Counted from the stretch's first letter, positions 1 to 9,419 are shown. The stretch: DNA of 42,923 nt from an uncultured Gammaproteobacteria bacterium (GCA_964452885.1 CAYVNK010000001.1:1-42923); one strand, 5' to 3'. Notes: a model not told the origin generated them from the sequence alone. Numbers and translations: made by a program.

Positions 1-1
1 G

Positions 2-852
2 ACCGGCAAAACCACTTTAATTGCTATCTTGAGGCAAGAATTGGCTAAAGAAAATAAAAATCTTCATGTTGCTTTTTGTTCATATACCGGCCGGGCGGCT
101 CAGGTTTTGCGCAACAAGCTTTTGGAAGAAAATGCTCTTTTGAAGCGGATTTAATTGTCGTTGATGAGGCCTCGATGTTTGACCTTTATATTTGGCAGGA
201 TTTACTTTCTTATCGGGTTCCCATTATTGCGGTTGGTGATCATGGATAGCTGCCGCCAATCAGGGAAAATTTTAATTTAATGCAGGACCCAGATTTAAAA
301 CTGGAAGAAATTCACCGCCAGGCAAAAGAAAACCCGATTATAGGACTTTCGATTATGGCTAGAGAAAACGGGCAAATACCAATAGCCAGTTACGGTAAAA
401 ACATTAAGAAACTCTCTTTCAACGACCCTCAATCGCAGGAATTAATTGAAGAACTTTTAAAAAATTATAATGAAAACACTTTAGTTTTGTGCGGCTATAA
501 CCGGACCAGAATAAAAATTAACAATTTTATCAGAAATCATTTTGGTTTTGAGGGAAATGAGCCACGGCTCGGTGACCGGGTGATTTGTTTGCGCAATAAC
601 CATGTCAAAAGTATTTTTAACGGTATGTTGGGAACGGTTCTGGAAATTAAGGAAAAGAATGAAGAATTTTATTTGGCCCAAATCAAAATGGACGGAGAAG
701 AAGAAATTTATCAAGGGCTGATTTATAAAGCGCAATTTGGAGCGTCGGAGCCGATAAATTTTACTAAAGAAAGATACCGGCTGAAAACTCATGATATTTT
801 TGATTTTGGCTACGCTTTAACGGTTCACAAAGCCCAGGGTAGCCAAGCGAAA
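2..852 (+). pseudogene. Degraded RecD/PIF1-like SF1 helicase (P-loop NTPase plus UvrD_C-like end), 5' part off-window
   Basis: The frame starting at nt 2 reads TGKTTLIAIL (P-loop) and stops at TAA 152-154. Similarity resumes in another frame at 145 (ADLIVVDEASMF, DEASM at 163-177). It then hits an in-frame TAG at 247-249 inside AVGDHG*LPPI (the GDxxQLPP motif, Gln codon replaced). It continues as track ORF 280..942 up to YALTVHKAQGSQ (811-846), after which helicase similarity is lost. Confidence 0.7.
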
Positions 853-942
853 GATGAATGGCAAAGATGGCTTTACAATAGCTTGATTTCGCTTCGCTCA
901 ATTAACTGTTTTGCCCGCCCGCCAACGCTTGAACTTCCTTGA

Positions 943-1014
943 GATCGCGGTGGGAATTGCACCCACGCATGAGTGTTTTGCAGACACTTGCCTTACTACT
1001 TGGCTACGCGATCA
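943..1014 (-). tRNA. tRNA-Cys (anticodon GCA)
   Basis: The hand-folded reverse complement is GATCGCG-TA-GCCAAGTAGTAAGGC-A-AGTGT-CTGCAAA-ACACT-CATGC-GTGGG-TGCAATT-CCCAC-CGCGATC-T. The 7-bp acceptor and the 5-bp anticodon and T stems pair perfectly. The loop is CU-GCA-AA, and the discriminator is U73 as expected for tRNA-Cys. Total length is 72 nt and no CCA is encoded. The T-loop reads TGC instead of the canonical TTC. Confidence 0.75.
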
Positions 1015-1152
1015 CGTTGGCGAAAGCGGACGGGCAGACAGCTGCGTTACCTCTTCACCACTAGGCCAATGTCAAAATTTTACCATAGTTAGCTTTCGAA
1101 AGCGATAAATTTCCTCTTTCTTTTGAGGCCTTTAGTAAGTAAAATATGAAGA

Positions 1153-1815
1153 ATGAACTTTATCAAAGCTATTGAACTATTTCTTTTGGGCTTAACCACT
1201 AAAGTTCCCGTCTTAGTTTTTGTTGCAGTCGGTTCTTTAGTTGAGGAAATCATAGCACCGATGCCCTCACCTCTGATTGGGATGAGTGCCGGCACTATTG
1301 CTCAAGTTCAGGGCAGAAATTTCACTTATCTTTTATTGATTGCTTTGGTCGCCGCTGTTTTTAAAACTTTAGGTTGCTGGTTTTTCTATTTTTTGGGCGA
1401 CAAAGCGGAAGATTTAGTTACCCTCCGTTTTGGTAAATTTTTAGGCTTAAACCATAAAGAAGTAGAAAACATAGGCAAGTTTTTTAACGGCACTTCCAAA
1501 GACGAAATTATTTTGACCTTAATTCGGGCTTTTCCGATTATGCCGACGATCCCGATTTCTTTGGCCTGCGGATTTATCAAAATGAATTTAAAATCTTACC
1601 TGGGCGCCACTTTAGCGGGAACATATTTAAGAAGCTTGATGTTTCTCTATGTCGGTTACTCAGGCTTGACCTTTTTGAAATCGATGGTCGGGGGAATAAA
1701 CAGCGCCGAATCTTTAATGAACATTGTCATCGGAGTCGTTATTCTGGGATTTTTGGCTTTTATCTATTACCAGCGCGGTAAGGGTGGTCTCCATAAGTGG
1801 CTTAAGAAAAAATAG
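1153..1815 (+). CDS. DedA/VTT (SNARE-associated) family membrane protein
   Basis: 220-aa polytopic membrane ORF. The stretch FYFLGDKAEDLV...FPIMPTIPISLACGFIKMN is typical of DedA/TVP38 proteins. Confidence 0.65.
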   Translation: MNFIKAIELFLLGLTTKVPVLVFVAVGSLVEEIIAPMPSPLIGMSAGTIAQVQGRNFTYLLLIALVAAVFKTLGCWFFYFLGDKAEDLVTLRFGKFLGLNHKEVENIGKFFNGTSKDEIILTLIRAFPIMPTIPISLACGFIKMNLKSYLGATLAGTYLRSLMFLYVGYSGLTFLKSMVGGINSAESLMNIVIGVVILGFLAFIYYQRGKGGLHKWLKKK

Positions 1816-1860
1816 TTTTTTCCCTTGTCATTTAATACTTTTGGTGTTATATTCTTCTTA

Positions 1861-2724
1861 ATGTTTAAGAAACTTTTTCTTGGTTTGCTAATTCTTAGCA
1901 GTAACTTATTGTTGGCTGGTTGTTCCTTAAAGAAAACTCCGGCCGCCTTACAAATCGATGCTACTCCGGTAGCCAATGTCTTTGTTGACGGAAAACTTCT
2001 AGGTAAAACCCCTTATCAAGGAAGCGATTGGAAAGCGGGTGAAGTTGCCGTCAAATTGATTCCCGATTCAGCCACCACTCCTCTGGCTTCTTGGGAAGGG
2101 AGGGTTCAACTGACTTCGGGGGTTTTGACACTGATTAATAGAGAATTTGCGGTTACGGAGAATGAATCCGCCGTACAGATTTTAAACCTGGAAAAAATAA
2201 AAGACAAAAAGGCAAGCAGTCTTTCGGTGGTTTCCGACCCGGATGTCAGTTTAATCACCATTGACGGGGAAGCTAAGGGCTTTACACCACTTTTAATTGA
2301 CCAGATTGGTATTGGCGATCATCAAATTACTATTGCCAAAGAAGGCTATGTGGAAAAAACCGTCAAAGCCAAAACTATTGCCGGATTTAAACTCATGGTT
2401 AACGTTAAATTGGCCCAAAAGCCGGGCAGTCAAATAGCCACGGCCTCGGGAACACCGATGCCTACCTCCAAAGCCAGCAAAGTTACTCCGACGACCAGTC
2501 CACGGGTAACTTCCCTTCCCGGGCAAAAACAAGTTTTGATTAAAGATACTCCCACTAGTTGGTTAAGAGTAAGAATGGAACCGAGCACCACTGCCACTGA
2601 AGCTGCTAAGGTCAATCCCGGGGAAAAATTCCCGTTTTTGGATGAGGAGTCAGGTTGGTTGAAAATCGAATACGAGCCGGGAAAAGAAGGTTGGATTTCC
2701 GGTCAATACGCCACCAAGATTTAA
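1861..2724 (+). CDS. Lipoprotein with PEGA domains and a C-terminal SH3b-like domain
   Basis: ATG at 1861 gives MFKKLFLGLLILSSNLLLAGC with an LAGC lipobox; the track ORF starts at an upstream TTG at 1825. There are two PEGA-like repeats (VFVDGKLLGKTPY; ITIDGEAKGFTPL...ITIAKEGY). The C-terminus LRVRMEPS...GWLKIEYEPGKEGWISGQY is SH3b-like. Confidence 0.65.
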   Translation: MFKKLFLGLLILSSNLLLAGCSLKKTPAALQIDATPVANVFVDGKLLGKTPYQGSDWKAGEVAVKLIPDSATTPLASWEGRVQLTSGVLTLINREFAVTENESAVQILNLEKIKDKKASSLSVVSDPDVSLITIDGEAKGFTPLLIDQIGIGDHQITIAKEGYVEKTVKAKTIAGFKLMVNVKLAQKPGSQIATASGTPMPTSKASKVTPTTSPRVTSLPGQKQVLIKDTPTSWLRVRMEPSTTATEAAKVNPGEKFPFLDEESGWLKIEYEPGKEGWISGQYATKI

Positions 2725-3656
2725 TCGCCAATTCCATAAATTACCCAGACCACCAAAAAGCCCCACAAAAGAACCGTTCCCAATAAAGGCTTATCGGAAA
2801 GAAGCACCTTTTCGGGCGATTCCGCCTTGGCCCCCTGATAAATAATACTCATATAGCGCATGATGCCATAAATAACGACAGGGATGGTAATCATTAGCCA
2901 TTTGTTGCTGCCGGAGAAAGTAAGGGGCAGAAAGTTGGCGGTTAAAAGCGGTCCGAAAACCATCGGGGGTGACTGCAGGAAAGTGAAGAAAGCCCAGGAA
3001 AGCCAGGTAGAGGCGGCAAAAGCTGATAAGTAGTTATCTAAAAGATCGGGCGGATATTGAATTAAAGTTTTCCGATGGATCGGAACCACCTCTTTGTCTA
3101 AAATTGCCAACTCTGCTCTTCTTTTTCCCACCGCCATAAATAAAGCGATGGAAATAACGCATAACAAGAACCAGATTGAGATATGGTAGTTAAGAATAAT
3201 GGCGCCGGCGTAAATCCGCAGGATAAAACTGGCGGCGATGGAAAACACGTCGAAAATAATCAGATTTTTAAGGAAAAATGAGTAGATGATTTGCAAGACC
3301 AAATAAATAAAACAATTAAGAAAAAAGAAAAACGAAAGATGAAAAGCCAAATAAAGGCTGACAAAAGCTCCGGCCAGAACAAAAAAGACTGCCAGAGGAA
3401 TCGGCAGTTTGCCGGAAGCAATCGGCCGCAACCTTTTGAAAGGATGCAACTGATCGCGAGAAAAATCGACAATATCGTTGAAGAAATAGACCGAAGAGGT
3501 AAGTAAACAAAATATGGCAATCGCCCAGACAGTGACGAGCAAACTGGGGAGGTGAAAGAGCCTGCCGGAAAAAATCAAAGCTGCGGCTAAACTTAAGTTT
3601 TTTAACCACTGTCTTGGTCGCGCCGTTTTAAGGAGATTGATAAATAGTTCAACCAC
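2721..3656 (-). CDS. UbiA-family prenyltransferase resembling decaprenyl-phosphate phosphoribosyltransferase (Rv3806c-like)
   Basis: N-terminal ARPRQWLKNL, then NDIVDFSRDQLHPFKRLRPIASG. This matches the NDxxDxxxD...HPxKRxRPIAxG signature as I recall it for this subfamily. The protein is a polytopic membrane protein. Confidence 0.7.
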   Translation of the reverse strand: MVELFINLLKTARPRQWLKNLSLAAALIFSGRLFHLPSLLVTVWAIAIFCLLTSSVYFFNDIVDFSRDQLHPFKRLRPIASGKLPIPLAVFFVLAGAFVSLYLAFHLSFFFFLNCFIYLVLQIIYSFFLKNLIIFDVFSIAASFILRIYAGAIILNYHISIWFLLCVISIALFMAVGKRRAELAILDKEVVPIHRKTLIQYPPDLLDNYLSAFAASTWLSWAFFTFLQSPPMVFGPLLTANFLPLTFSGSNKWLMITIPVVIYGIMRYMSIIYQGAKAESPEKVLLSDKPLLGTVLLWGFLVVWVIYGIGD

Positions 3657-4681
3657 AAAATTCCTGCCAAAAATAAAATAATTAACATGAACATTGTATA
3701 GAATTTTGCTTCACTATTCAAATTTAACGCCAGAATTCCCAAAGCGGCGGTAATTAGCCAGTAAAAAATAGCAATACGTCTTTTTCCCCAGCCTAAAGCC
3801 AGTAGCCGGTGATGAAGATGTTCCCTTCCTCCCCAAAAAGGCGCTCGGCCGGCAAGAATTCTTTTGACCACTAAATATAAAGCGTCGATTAAGGGAATGG
3901 CCAGAACGAGCATGAGGGTCGCGATTTTAGCAGTAGAAAGAATGGAAAGAACCGCCAGCAAGAACCCGGCCATGGTTTTTCCGCCATAGCCAGGCATAAT
4001 TTTTTGCGGGTAGAAATTCCAAACCAGAAAACCCAAATAAGCCCCTCCGGTGATCATTGCCAAAACAATTACTGGCCACTGGGTAATATCGGCGGAAAAT
4101 TTTAAGGAAAGGCCGGCAATGGTCATGGCGGCGATAACTACCACCCCGGGAAGTTGGCCTTCTACTCCGCCGGACCAGCCGACAAAATTCATTGTCCAAG
4201 CGATCCACAAAATCGCTAAAATATCGGCCAGCAGCCAGATACAATGAGGGCCGAGAAAATTAAAACATATTTTCGGTAAGTCAAGGCGGATAATCCCGCC
4301 GAAGGGATTGTTGACAAAAGCAATACCGATGCCGGCACCGATGACGATGGCAGCCGCCAGGAAATTACTGAGTAAACGGATGAGGGGATGAATCTTTTCC
4401 TCAAACTTGTCATCCAGAAGGCCGACGATTAAAGCGACTAAAGCTCCCGCCAAAATTCCTCTTAAATGTTTATCTAAAGGCAAAAAGAAAAGGCTGGTTA
4501 ATAAACCTAAAAAAATGGGAATGCCACCGCCGCGGGGAACCGGATAAGTATGGACCACTTTAGCTTGTTTATGTTTGGCAGGATCATCTAAAATCCGCCA
4601 TTTTTTCATTAAAAGAATCACTAAAGGGGTAGTTAAAAAAGAAACCGCGGCAGAAAGCAAAAACGGCCAGTAAACAGTCAT
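3602..4681 (-). CDS. Glycosyltransferase family 4 polyprenyl-phosphate sugar-1-phosphate transferase (MraY/WecA superfamily)
   Basis: 359-aa, roughly 10-TM protein with LDDKFE and other motifs of the MraY/WecA family. Its 3' end overlaps the downstream UbiA gene by 55 nt, which may allow translational coupling. Confidence 0.65.
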   Translation of the reverse strand: MTVYWPFLLSAAVSFLTTPLVILLMKKWRILDDPAKHKQAKVVHTYPVPRGGGIPIFLGLLTSLFFLPLDKHLRGILAGALVALIVGLLDDKFEEKIHPLIRLLSNFLAAAIVIGAGIGIAFVNNPFGGIIRLDLPKICFNFLGPHCIWLLADILAILWIAWTMNFVGWSGGVEGQLPGVVVIAAMTIAGLSLKFSADITQWPVIVLAMITGGAYLGFLVWNFYPQKIMPGYGGKTMAGFLLAVLSILSTAKIATLMLVLAIPLIDALYLVVKRILAGRAPFWGGREHLHHRLLALGWGKRRIAIFYWLITAALGILALNLNSEAKFYTMFMLIILFLAGILWLNYLSISLKRRDQDSG

Positions 4682-4682
4682 T

Positions 4683-5030
4683 TTAGGTAATTAGAAAAAT
4701 AATTCTTAAAAGGGTAATGGTGCCTAAAACCGAAAAGAGTAACGCAAAACTCTCTATAACGATAGGCAAAAAAGTTTCTTTTTTTTTGAAAAGTAATTTC
4801 CCGAGCTGCCAGTTAATTAAAAAAATGAGCAACGACAAAGCGGGAATTGAAAACAGCCACTCTCTTCCCGCCAGTTGTTCTTCGCCCCAGGGCCGGCTGT
4901 AAAAAAGGGGCACTTTTTCCGGCAGTAAATTTCTTTTCCAGAAAAGAGCGACGCCGTCAGCAATAAGCGAGGCAATATTTATCCGGTTAAGCAGGTTAAT
5001 AATTTTTTGTGGTTTTTCTTCTTCTCCCAT
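4683..5030 (-). CDS. Small hypothetical membrane protein
   Basis: 115-aa ORF packed tightly between two envelope genes on the same strand, with hydrophobic segments. No family recognised. Confidence 0.45.
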   Translation of the reverse strand: MGEEEKPQKIINLLNRINIASLIADGVALFWKRNLLPEKVPLFYSRPWGEEQLAGREWLFSIPALSLLIFLINWQLGKLLFKKKETFLPIVIESFALLFSVLGTITLLRIIFLIT

Positions 5031-6527
5031 TCAGATTCCTCTTTTAAGATAAACCGTGAAGTTATTCATACTTTTCATTTCCAGGTAATTATTTTGAATA
5101 AAAATTACCAGAGAAGGCAGACGTTTTATTTTTTCGTCCACAATAATCAGTTTTGGTTTATTCGCTTCAAGTTTAGTCAGGGTTTTTTCTTCCCGGTGCA
5201 GGTCCAGAATGTGGTAGGCGACCAAATAAGGGGTGGCGGGCAAACGGCGGGAAAGAGCATAAATTGACGGCTCATCCGCCCAAATAAAGATTTTTTCGTT
5301 TGGCAAAGAACTGGTATCGATAATTTGCCCCAGCCGATAAAGGGCGGGGACGTTTTTACCGAAATAGGAGAAATAGTCATTTTTCGTTTTTTGCCCTAAG
5401 GCGAATTGAGCGAAGTTTTGGTAGTAGGAAATCGTGGGATAATACCAGAAGCGGTAACGGTAAAGGGTTAATCCCAGTAAAAGAAAAAAGGAAGCGGCGA
5501 TAAGGGTGATTGTTTTCTTCTTTTCCAGGAAAATTAAACCGGCCAAAAGGGTTAAGGGCGGGATGATCTGAACCAGATAATGGGGGTAAGGCCGGCCGGA
5601 TAAAGTGGCCCCAAAAAGAGAGAAAAGTAACCAGATGAAAACAAAAAGGGCGGCCGGGAGCAGTTTTTTTCTTAGAATCCAGAAAAGGAATAGCAGGGAT
5701 AAGATTATCGTTCCTTTGATGGCCAAATCCGTCTTGAGAAGGGCAATTAAGGAAAAGACGTGCGAACCGGTTTTCCAGGAAGAAAGATAACCAAAAGTCT
5801 GAACAATGGCGGAGTTTAAAAATAGGCCTAAAATTCCCTTTAACCAAAAAAAGAGGCAGGTGAAGACAAAAGGGAGGAGATAACCCAAGACCAGGAGAAT
5901 TTCCTTCCGGCCGATTTTAATAATTTTCCCTCCGGTGAAGAAAAGAAGAAAAACCATTAAGGCCAGAAAATCAAAAAGGGCAGGTAGTTTTAAGAGAAAG
6001 CCCAAGCCCAAAAGCAGACCGGCAAGAAAATAAAGGAAGGGCTTTTCTTTTTGATTTGAGAAAACCAAAAACAGTCCCAGAACGGTAGGCAAGAGGATAA
6101 AAATTTCGGCGTTGGCAATATTGCCTTCCAAAAGCCGGAGGGTGGTTAAGGCGGCAAAAATTACCGTGACTGCTTTAGCCGGTATTTCCTTTCCGGAAAG
6201 CAATTTTTGACTCATTTGGTAGAAAAAGTAGATTGAGGCCAAGACCGAAGAGAGGAGCAGGAAGCGGAACCAAAAAATGGTGCCATTGACCGCGGCCGGC
6301 AGGAGATAGAAAAGCGGCGGCTTATTATCAAAAACATCACGATATAATAAAAATCCTTTTCTTAGAGCCAGACCAATGGTTAAATAGATTCCTTCATCGC
6401 CGTACCAATACGGCTCAAACAAGGAAGGCAGACGGAAAAGCAAAGTTACGAAAAGAACCAGAAGAATAAACCGATTTTGACGGAGAAAATGTTTCATCTC
6501 TCTAATTTTAGATTTAAAAGACGCCAT
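5031..6527 (-). CDS. GT-C fold (GT39/ArnT/PMT_2-like) lipid-carrier-dependent glycosyltransferase
   Basis: 498-aa polytopic protein. The N-terminal loop EPYWYGDEGIYLTIG is typical of ArnT/PMT-like enzymes. Confidence 0.65.
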   Translation of the reverse strand: MASFKSKIREMKHFLRQNRFILLVLFVTLLFRLPSLFEPYWYGDEGIYLTIGLALRKGFLLYRDVFDNKPPLFYLLPAAVNGTIFWFRFLLLSSVLASIYFFYQMSQKLLSGKEIPAKAVTVIFAALTTLRLLEGNIANAEIFILLPTVLGLFLVFSNQKEKPFLYFLAGLLLGLGFLLKLPALFDFLALMVFLLFFTGGKIIKIGRKEILLVLGYLLPFVFTCLFFWLKGILGLFLNSAIVQTFGYLSSWKTGSHVFSLIALLKTDLAIKGTIILSLLFLFWILRKKLLPAALFVFIWLLFSLFGATLSGRPYPHYLVQIIPPLTLLAGLIFLEKKKTITLIAASFFLLLGLTLYRYRFWYYPTISYYQNFAQFALGQKTKNDYFSYFGKNVPALYRLGQIIDTSSLPNEKIFIWADEPSIYALSRRLPATPYLVAYHILDLHREEKTLTKLEANKPKLIIVDEKIKRLPSLVIFIQNNYLEMKSMNNFTVYLKRGI

Positions 6528-6535
6528 TGTAAATC

Positions 6536-8017
6536 TTAAACCTTTTCCGTTACCCGGTATTCAAGATATTTGCCCAGCATCAGCCGGGTATGGGCATCCA
6601 GGCCGGGCAGGGCAGTAAAAATAAAACCTACCACCGGCATCAGTAAAAATTCCAACGGAATCAGCCAGGCCCTAATTTTAGGCACGTCTTTCGGCCGCGG
6701 CGGTCTTTGGTGAAAATCAACGTAAAGAATAACCGCCAAAGAAATTAAACATAAGGTCAGGATTAAGGAAGAAGTCTTGGGTAAATTAAAGCCCAAAGAA
6801 GTCCGGGCAAAATTTTTATTAAGGAGAGTCGGAATGTTAATGCCAATAGTGATAATAAACCAGTTGACTGGCCAGAGAAAGTGATCTTCAATTAAACGGA
6901 TGGTGCGGATGGTTTTGTTCCAAAAAGGAATATCTTTGGAGAGAAAATATTTCTTGATGACATAAGGATCGTCGGAAACACCCCAAGCCCAGCGCTTGAA
7001 CTGTTCGTACTGGTTTTTTAAGGTTTTCCAAAAACCGGTTGATTCGGCGGCGTCGGCTGAAATCGGCAGATAAATCGGTTCCACCTCCACCTTGCCCTGG
7101 GTTAAGAAAAAAGCCTTAAAAAACATGTGCCAGTCTTCGGGGATAACGTCTGGGTCCCAAAAATTGACTTTTTCGAGTAGGCGGTAAGAAAGGGAGTAGT
7201 TTTGCTGGCTGATTAGCCGGTCAGTTCTCGCCAGAACCGCCATGTTCCAAATGGTGCCGAAGGTATTGGCCACGCGGGAAAGGGCCGGCAGCCGCCAGAA
7301 GTTATTGTAAAAAACCACGGCCGGTTGCCAGAAGCGTTCGTAACGGTGGGGGTTATCCAAAAAATTATAGGCCAGATTGGCAAAATGATTGGGGTGAAAA
7401 ACATGATCGGCATCGCAAGAAGTGACCGTACAATAATTGGGATCGATTTTTTGCCGGTCTAAAAGTTCCTTTTTAGCAAAAAGAATTGCCGCTCTGGCAT
7501 TGGAGTGTTTGCCAGCGGTTTCCCCGGGAACCAAAGTATGTTCGGAGACCAAAAAGTGGGCGAATTTCATCTTAAATTTTTTCTTTAATTCTTCCGCTTT
7601 TTTCTGCCAACCTATTTCTCTTTTTTCAAAACCCAAAATCACACTGATTTGCTCCTTGGGTATGGTTTGCTCGGTAATACTCTGCAAAGTCCGTTCGACA
7701 ATATAAACCGGTTCTTTGTAGGTACAGACAATAATCAGATGATGGGCTTTCTGCCAGTCCGGAAAAAACTTAAGCTCCCCCAGCCAGTCCATTTTTTTAG
7801 AGGCTTCAATTCTGAAATGGGCGATTAGGGCAAAAACGGCAAAAGTGATTGATTTGTAAAACCAGAAAATATTAAAAAGGAGAACAAAATAGGCCACCGC
7901 TATCGGGGCGGCAAAAGCGCCCCAAATAGGGAAAAGAATCAAGTTCCAGGAAACAAAACCCGGCAGTATTTCCAAAAGTCTTTGGATAAAATGTGCTTTT
8001 TTGTTGGTTGTCGGCAT
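6536..8017 (-). CDS. Membrane-embedded GT2 glycosyltransferase, probably processive (QxxRW type)
   Basis: IIVCTYKEP..., TSCDADH (DxD-like) and YEQFKRWAWG (QxxRW), flanked by TM segments on both sides. Confidence 0.65.
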   Translation of the reverse strand: MPTTNKKAHFIQRLLEILPGFVSWNLILFPIWGAFAAPIAVAYFVLLFNIFWFYKSITFAVFALIAHFRIEASKKMDWLGELKFFPDWQKAHHLIIVCTYKEPVYIVERTLQSITEQTIPKEQISVILGFEKREIGWQKKAEELKKKFKMKFAHFLVSEHTLVPGETAGKHSNARAAILFAKKELLDRQKIDPNYCTVTSCDADHVFHPNHFANLAYNFLDNPHRYERFWQPAVVFYNNFWRLPALSRVANTFGTIWNMAVLARTDRLISQQNYSLSYRLLEKVNFWDPDVIPEDWHMFFKAFFLTQGKVEVEPIYLPISADAAESTGFWKTLKNQYEQFKRWAWGVSDDPYVIKKYFLSKDIPFWNKTIRTIRLIEDHFLWPVNWFIITIGINIPTLLNKNFARTSLGFNLPKTSSLILTLCLISLAVILYVDFHQRPPRPKDVPKIRAWLIPLEFLLMPVVGFIFTALPGLDAHTRLMLGKYLEYRVTEKV

Positions 8018-8024
8018 ATTTTTT

Positions 8025-9419
8025 TTAAATACGTGGGAAAAGGGCGGAACCGGCTTTGATTTTCGGTCCAGAAAATTGGGTTAGGATTTTTTCGGCAGTT
8101 TTTGGTAAGAAAGGCTGTAAGTCAAAAGCAATTTGCCTGATATTTTTAACCGACTCTTTTAAGAATTGACTTAGTTTTTCTTCCGTAAGCTCCCAGGGTT
8201 TATTTTCGCTGATTCTTTTGTTTTCTTCGGTAATTTTTTCCCAAATAATTGTCAAGGCCTTGTTTAATGCAAAAGTTTTGATTTTTTCCGCCACTTTCGG
8301 ACTAAAGGAGAGCTTTTCTCCTAAACTAAATTCTAAATTCTCTTTTTCGCAAAGCTTGCTGATTCTGGCGACCAAATTCCCCAGACCGTTGGCTAAATCA
8401 GCATTATAGGTTTCCTTAATTTTGTCCAAATTAATATCACCGTCAGTATCAATTGATTTTGTTTTTAAAAGGTAAAATCTAAGACCATCAGCACCAAATT
8501 GTTTTATTAAATCTTCAGTTGGAATAATATTCCCCAGTGATTTGGAAATTTTTTGTCCGTTTAAAGAAAGAAACCCATTGACCAGGATTGTTTTTGGTAA
8601 TTCATATCCGGCTGATTTAAGCATTGCTGGCCAAAGTATGGCATGGAAGCGGGCATTGTCCTTGCCAAGAATATGAATATCTGCCGGCCAAAAACCGCCC
8701 GGATCGCCAGTTAAGTAATTAATTAAAGCGTCAAACCAAACATAAATAGTTTGTCCGGGATCGTTGGGAACGGGGATGCCCCATTTGATTCTTTGTCTCG
8801 AGATAGGAATATCTTCCAGTCCCTGGTCAATAAAAGAAAGCATTTCTTTTCTTCGTCCTTCCGGCCAAACAAATTCGGAATGTTCGTTAAGATAATCTTT
8901 TAAAAACTGAGAATATTTGGAAAGTTTGAAAAAATAATTCTTTTCTTTGATTGTTTTGGGGTCTTTATTGGGATGATAAGGGCATTTGCCATCTATTAAA
9001 TCGGATTTATGGATAAATCCTTCGCAACCCTCGCAATAAATTCCGTCGTATTCGCCAAGATAAATATCACCATTTTTTTCGACTTTTTCCCAAAATTTCA
9101 GACAAAATTTAACATGGTCTTTATCGGTGGTACGAATAAATCGGTTAAAAGAAACTTCCAGAGATTCCTGTGCTTTTTTATCCGCCAAGGTAATTTGGTC
9201 CACGAAATCTTTTTCTTTACCCCCAAACCCGGCTTTGATGGCCGCCTCTTCTACTTTTCCTCCATGTTCATCTGTCCCGGTGAGAAAAAACACTTTTTCT
9301 CCCAAAAGACGATGATATCTTGCCAAAGCATCGGCAATAGTCTTTTGGTAAAGATGGCCAATATGAATAACCTCGTCGGTATAGTCAATGGCAGTAGTAA
9401 TGTAAAACTTCTTGTCCAT
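8025..9419 (-). CDS. metG: Methionyl-tRNA synthetase (short form)
   Basis: HIGH motif (VIHIGHLY), KMSKS variant (QKISKSLGN), a CxxC...C zinc knuckle region (CEGCEGF...GKCPYH), 464 aa. Confidence 0.9.
   Translation of the reverse strand: MDKKFYITTAIDYTDEVIHIGHLYQKTIADALARYHRLLGEKVFFLTGTDEHGGKVEEAAIKAGFGGKEKDFVDQITLADKKAQESLEVSFNRFIRTTDKDHVKFCLKFWEKVEKNGDIYLGEYDGIYCEGCEGFIHKSDLIDGKCPYHPNKDPKTIKEKNYFFKLSKYSQFLKDYLNEHSEFVWPEGRRKEMLSFIDQGLEDIPISRQRIKWGIPVPNDPGQTIYVWFDALINYLTGDPGGFWPADIHILGKDNARFHAILWPAMLKSAGYELPKTILVNGFLSLNGQKISKSLGNIIPTEDLIKQFGADGLRFYLLKTKSIDTDGDINLDKIKETYNADLANGLGNLVARISKLCEKENLEFSLGEKLSFSPKVAEKIKTFALNKALTIIWEKITEENKRISENKPWELTEEKLSQFLKESVKNIRQIAFDLQPFLPKTAEKILTQFSGPKIKAGSALFPRI

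Noticed and set aside
481-792. Antisense or shadow ORFs from the track that lie inside clearly recognisable genes. Examples are 481..792, 3260..3520, 5377..5847, 7437..7706, 9009..9425, 27170..27472, 35350..35691, 36428..36814, 37316..37627 and 40643..40927.
   Set aside because: Each overlaps, on the opposite strand or in another frame, a longer ORF with strong family motifs. Their sequences are low-complexity, as expected from AT-rich antisense translation, and there is no independent support.
1015-1080. A possible second tRNA-like segment (the reverse complement contains GGCCTAGTGGTGAAGAGG, resembling a D-arm).
   Set aside because: I could not fold a complete cloverleaf with acceptor, anticodon and T arms. 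It may be chance or part of the tRNA-Cys upstream region.
911-1108. Track ORF 911..1108 (65 aa) and the tail of ORF 280..942.
   Set aside because: They run across the tRNA-Cys gene (943..1014, minus strand) and across sequence beyond the point where helicase similarity ends. They are most likely non-coding.
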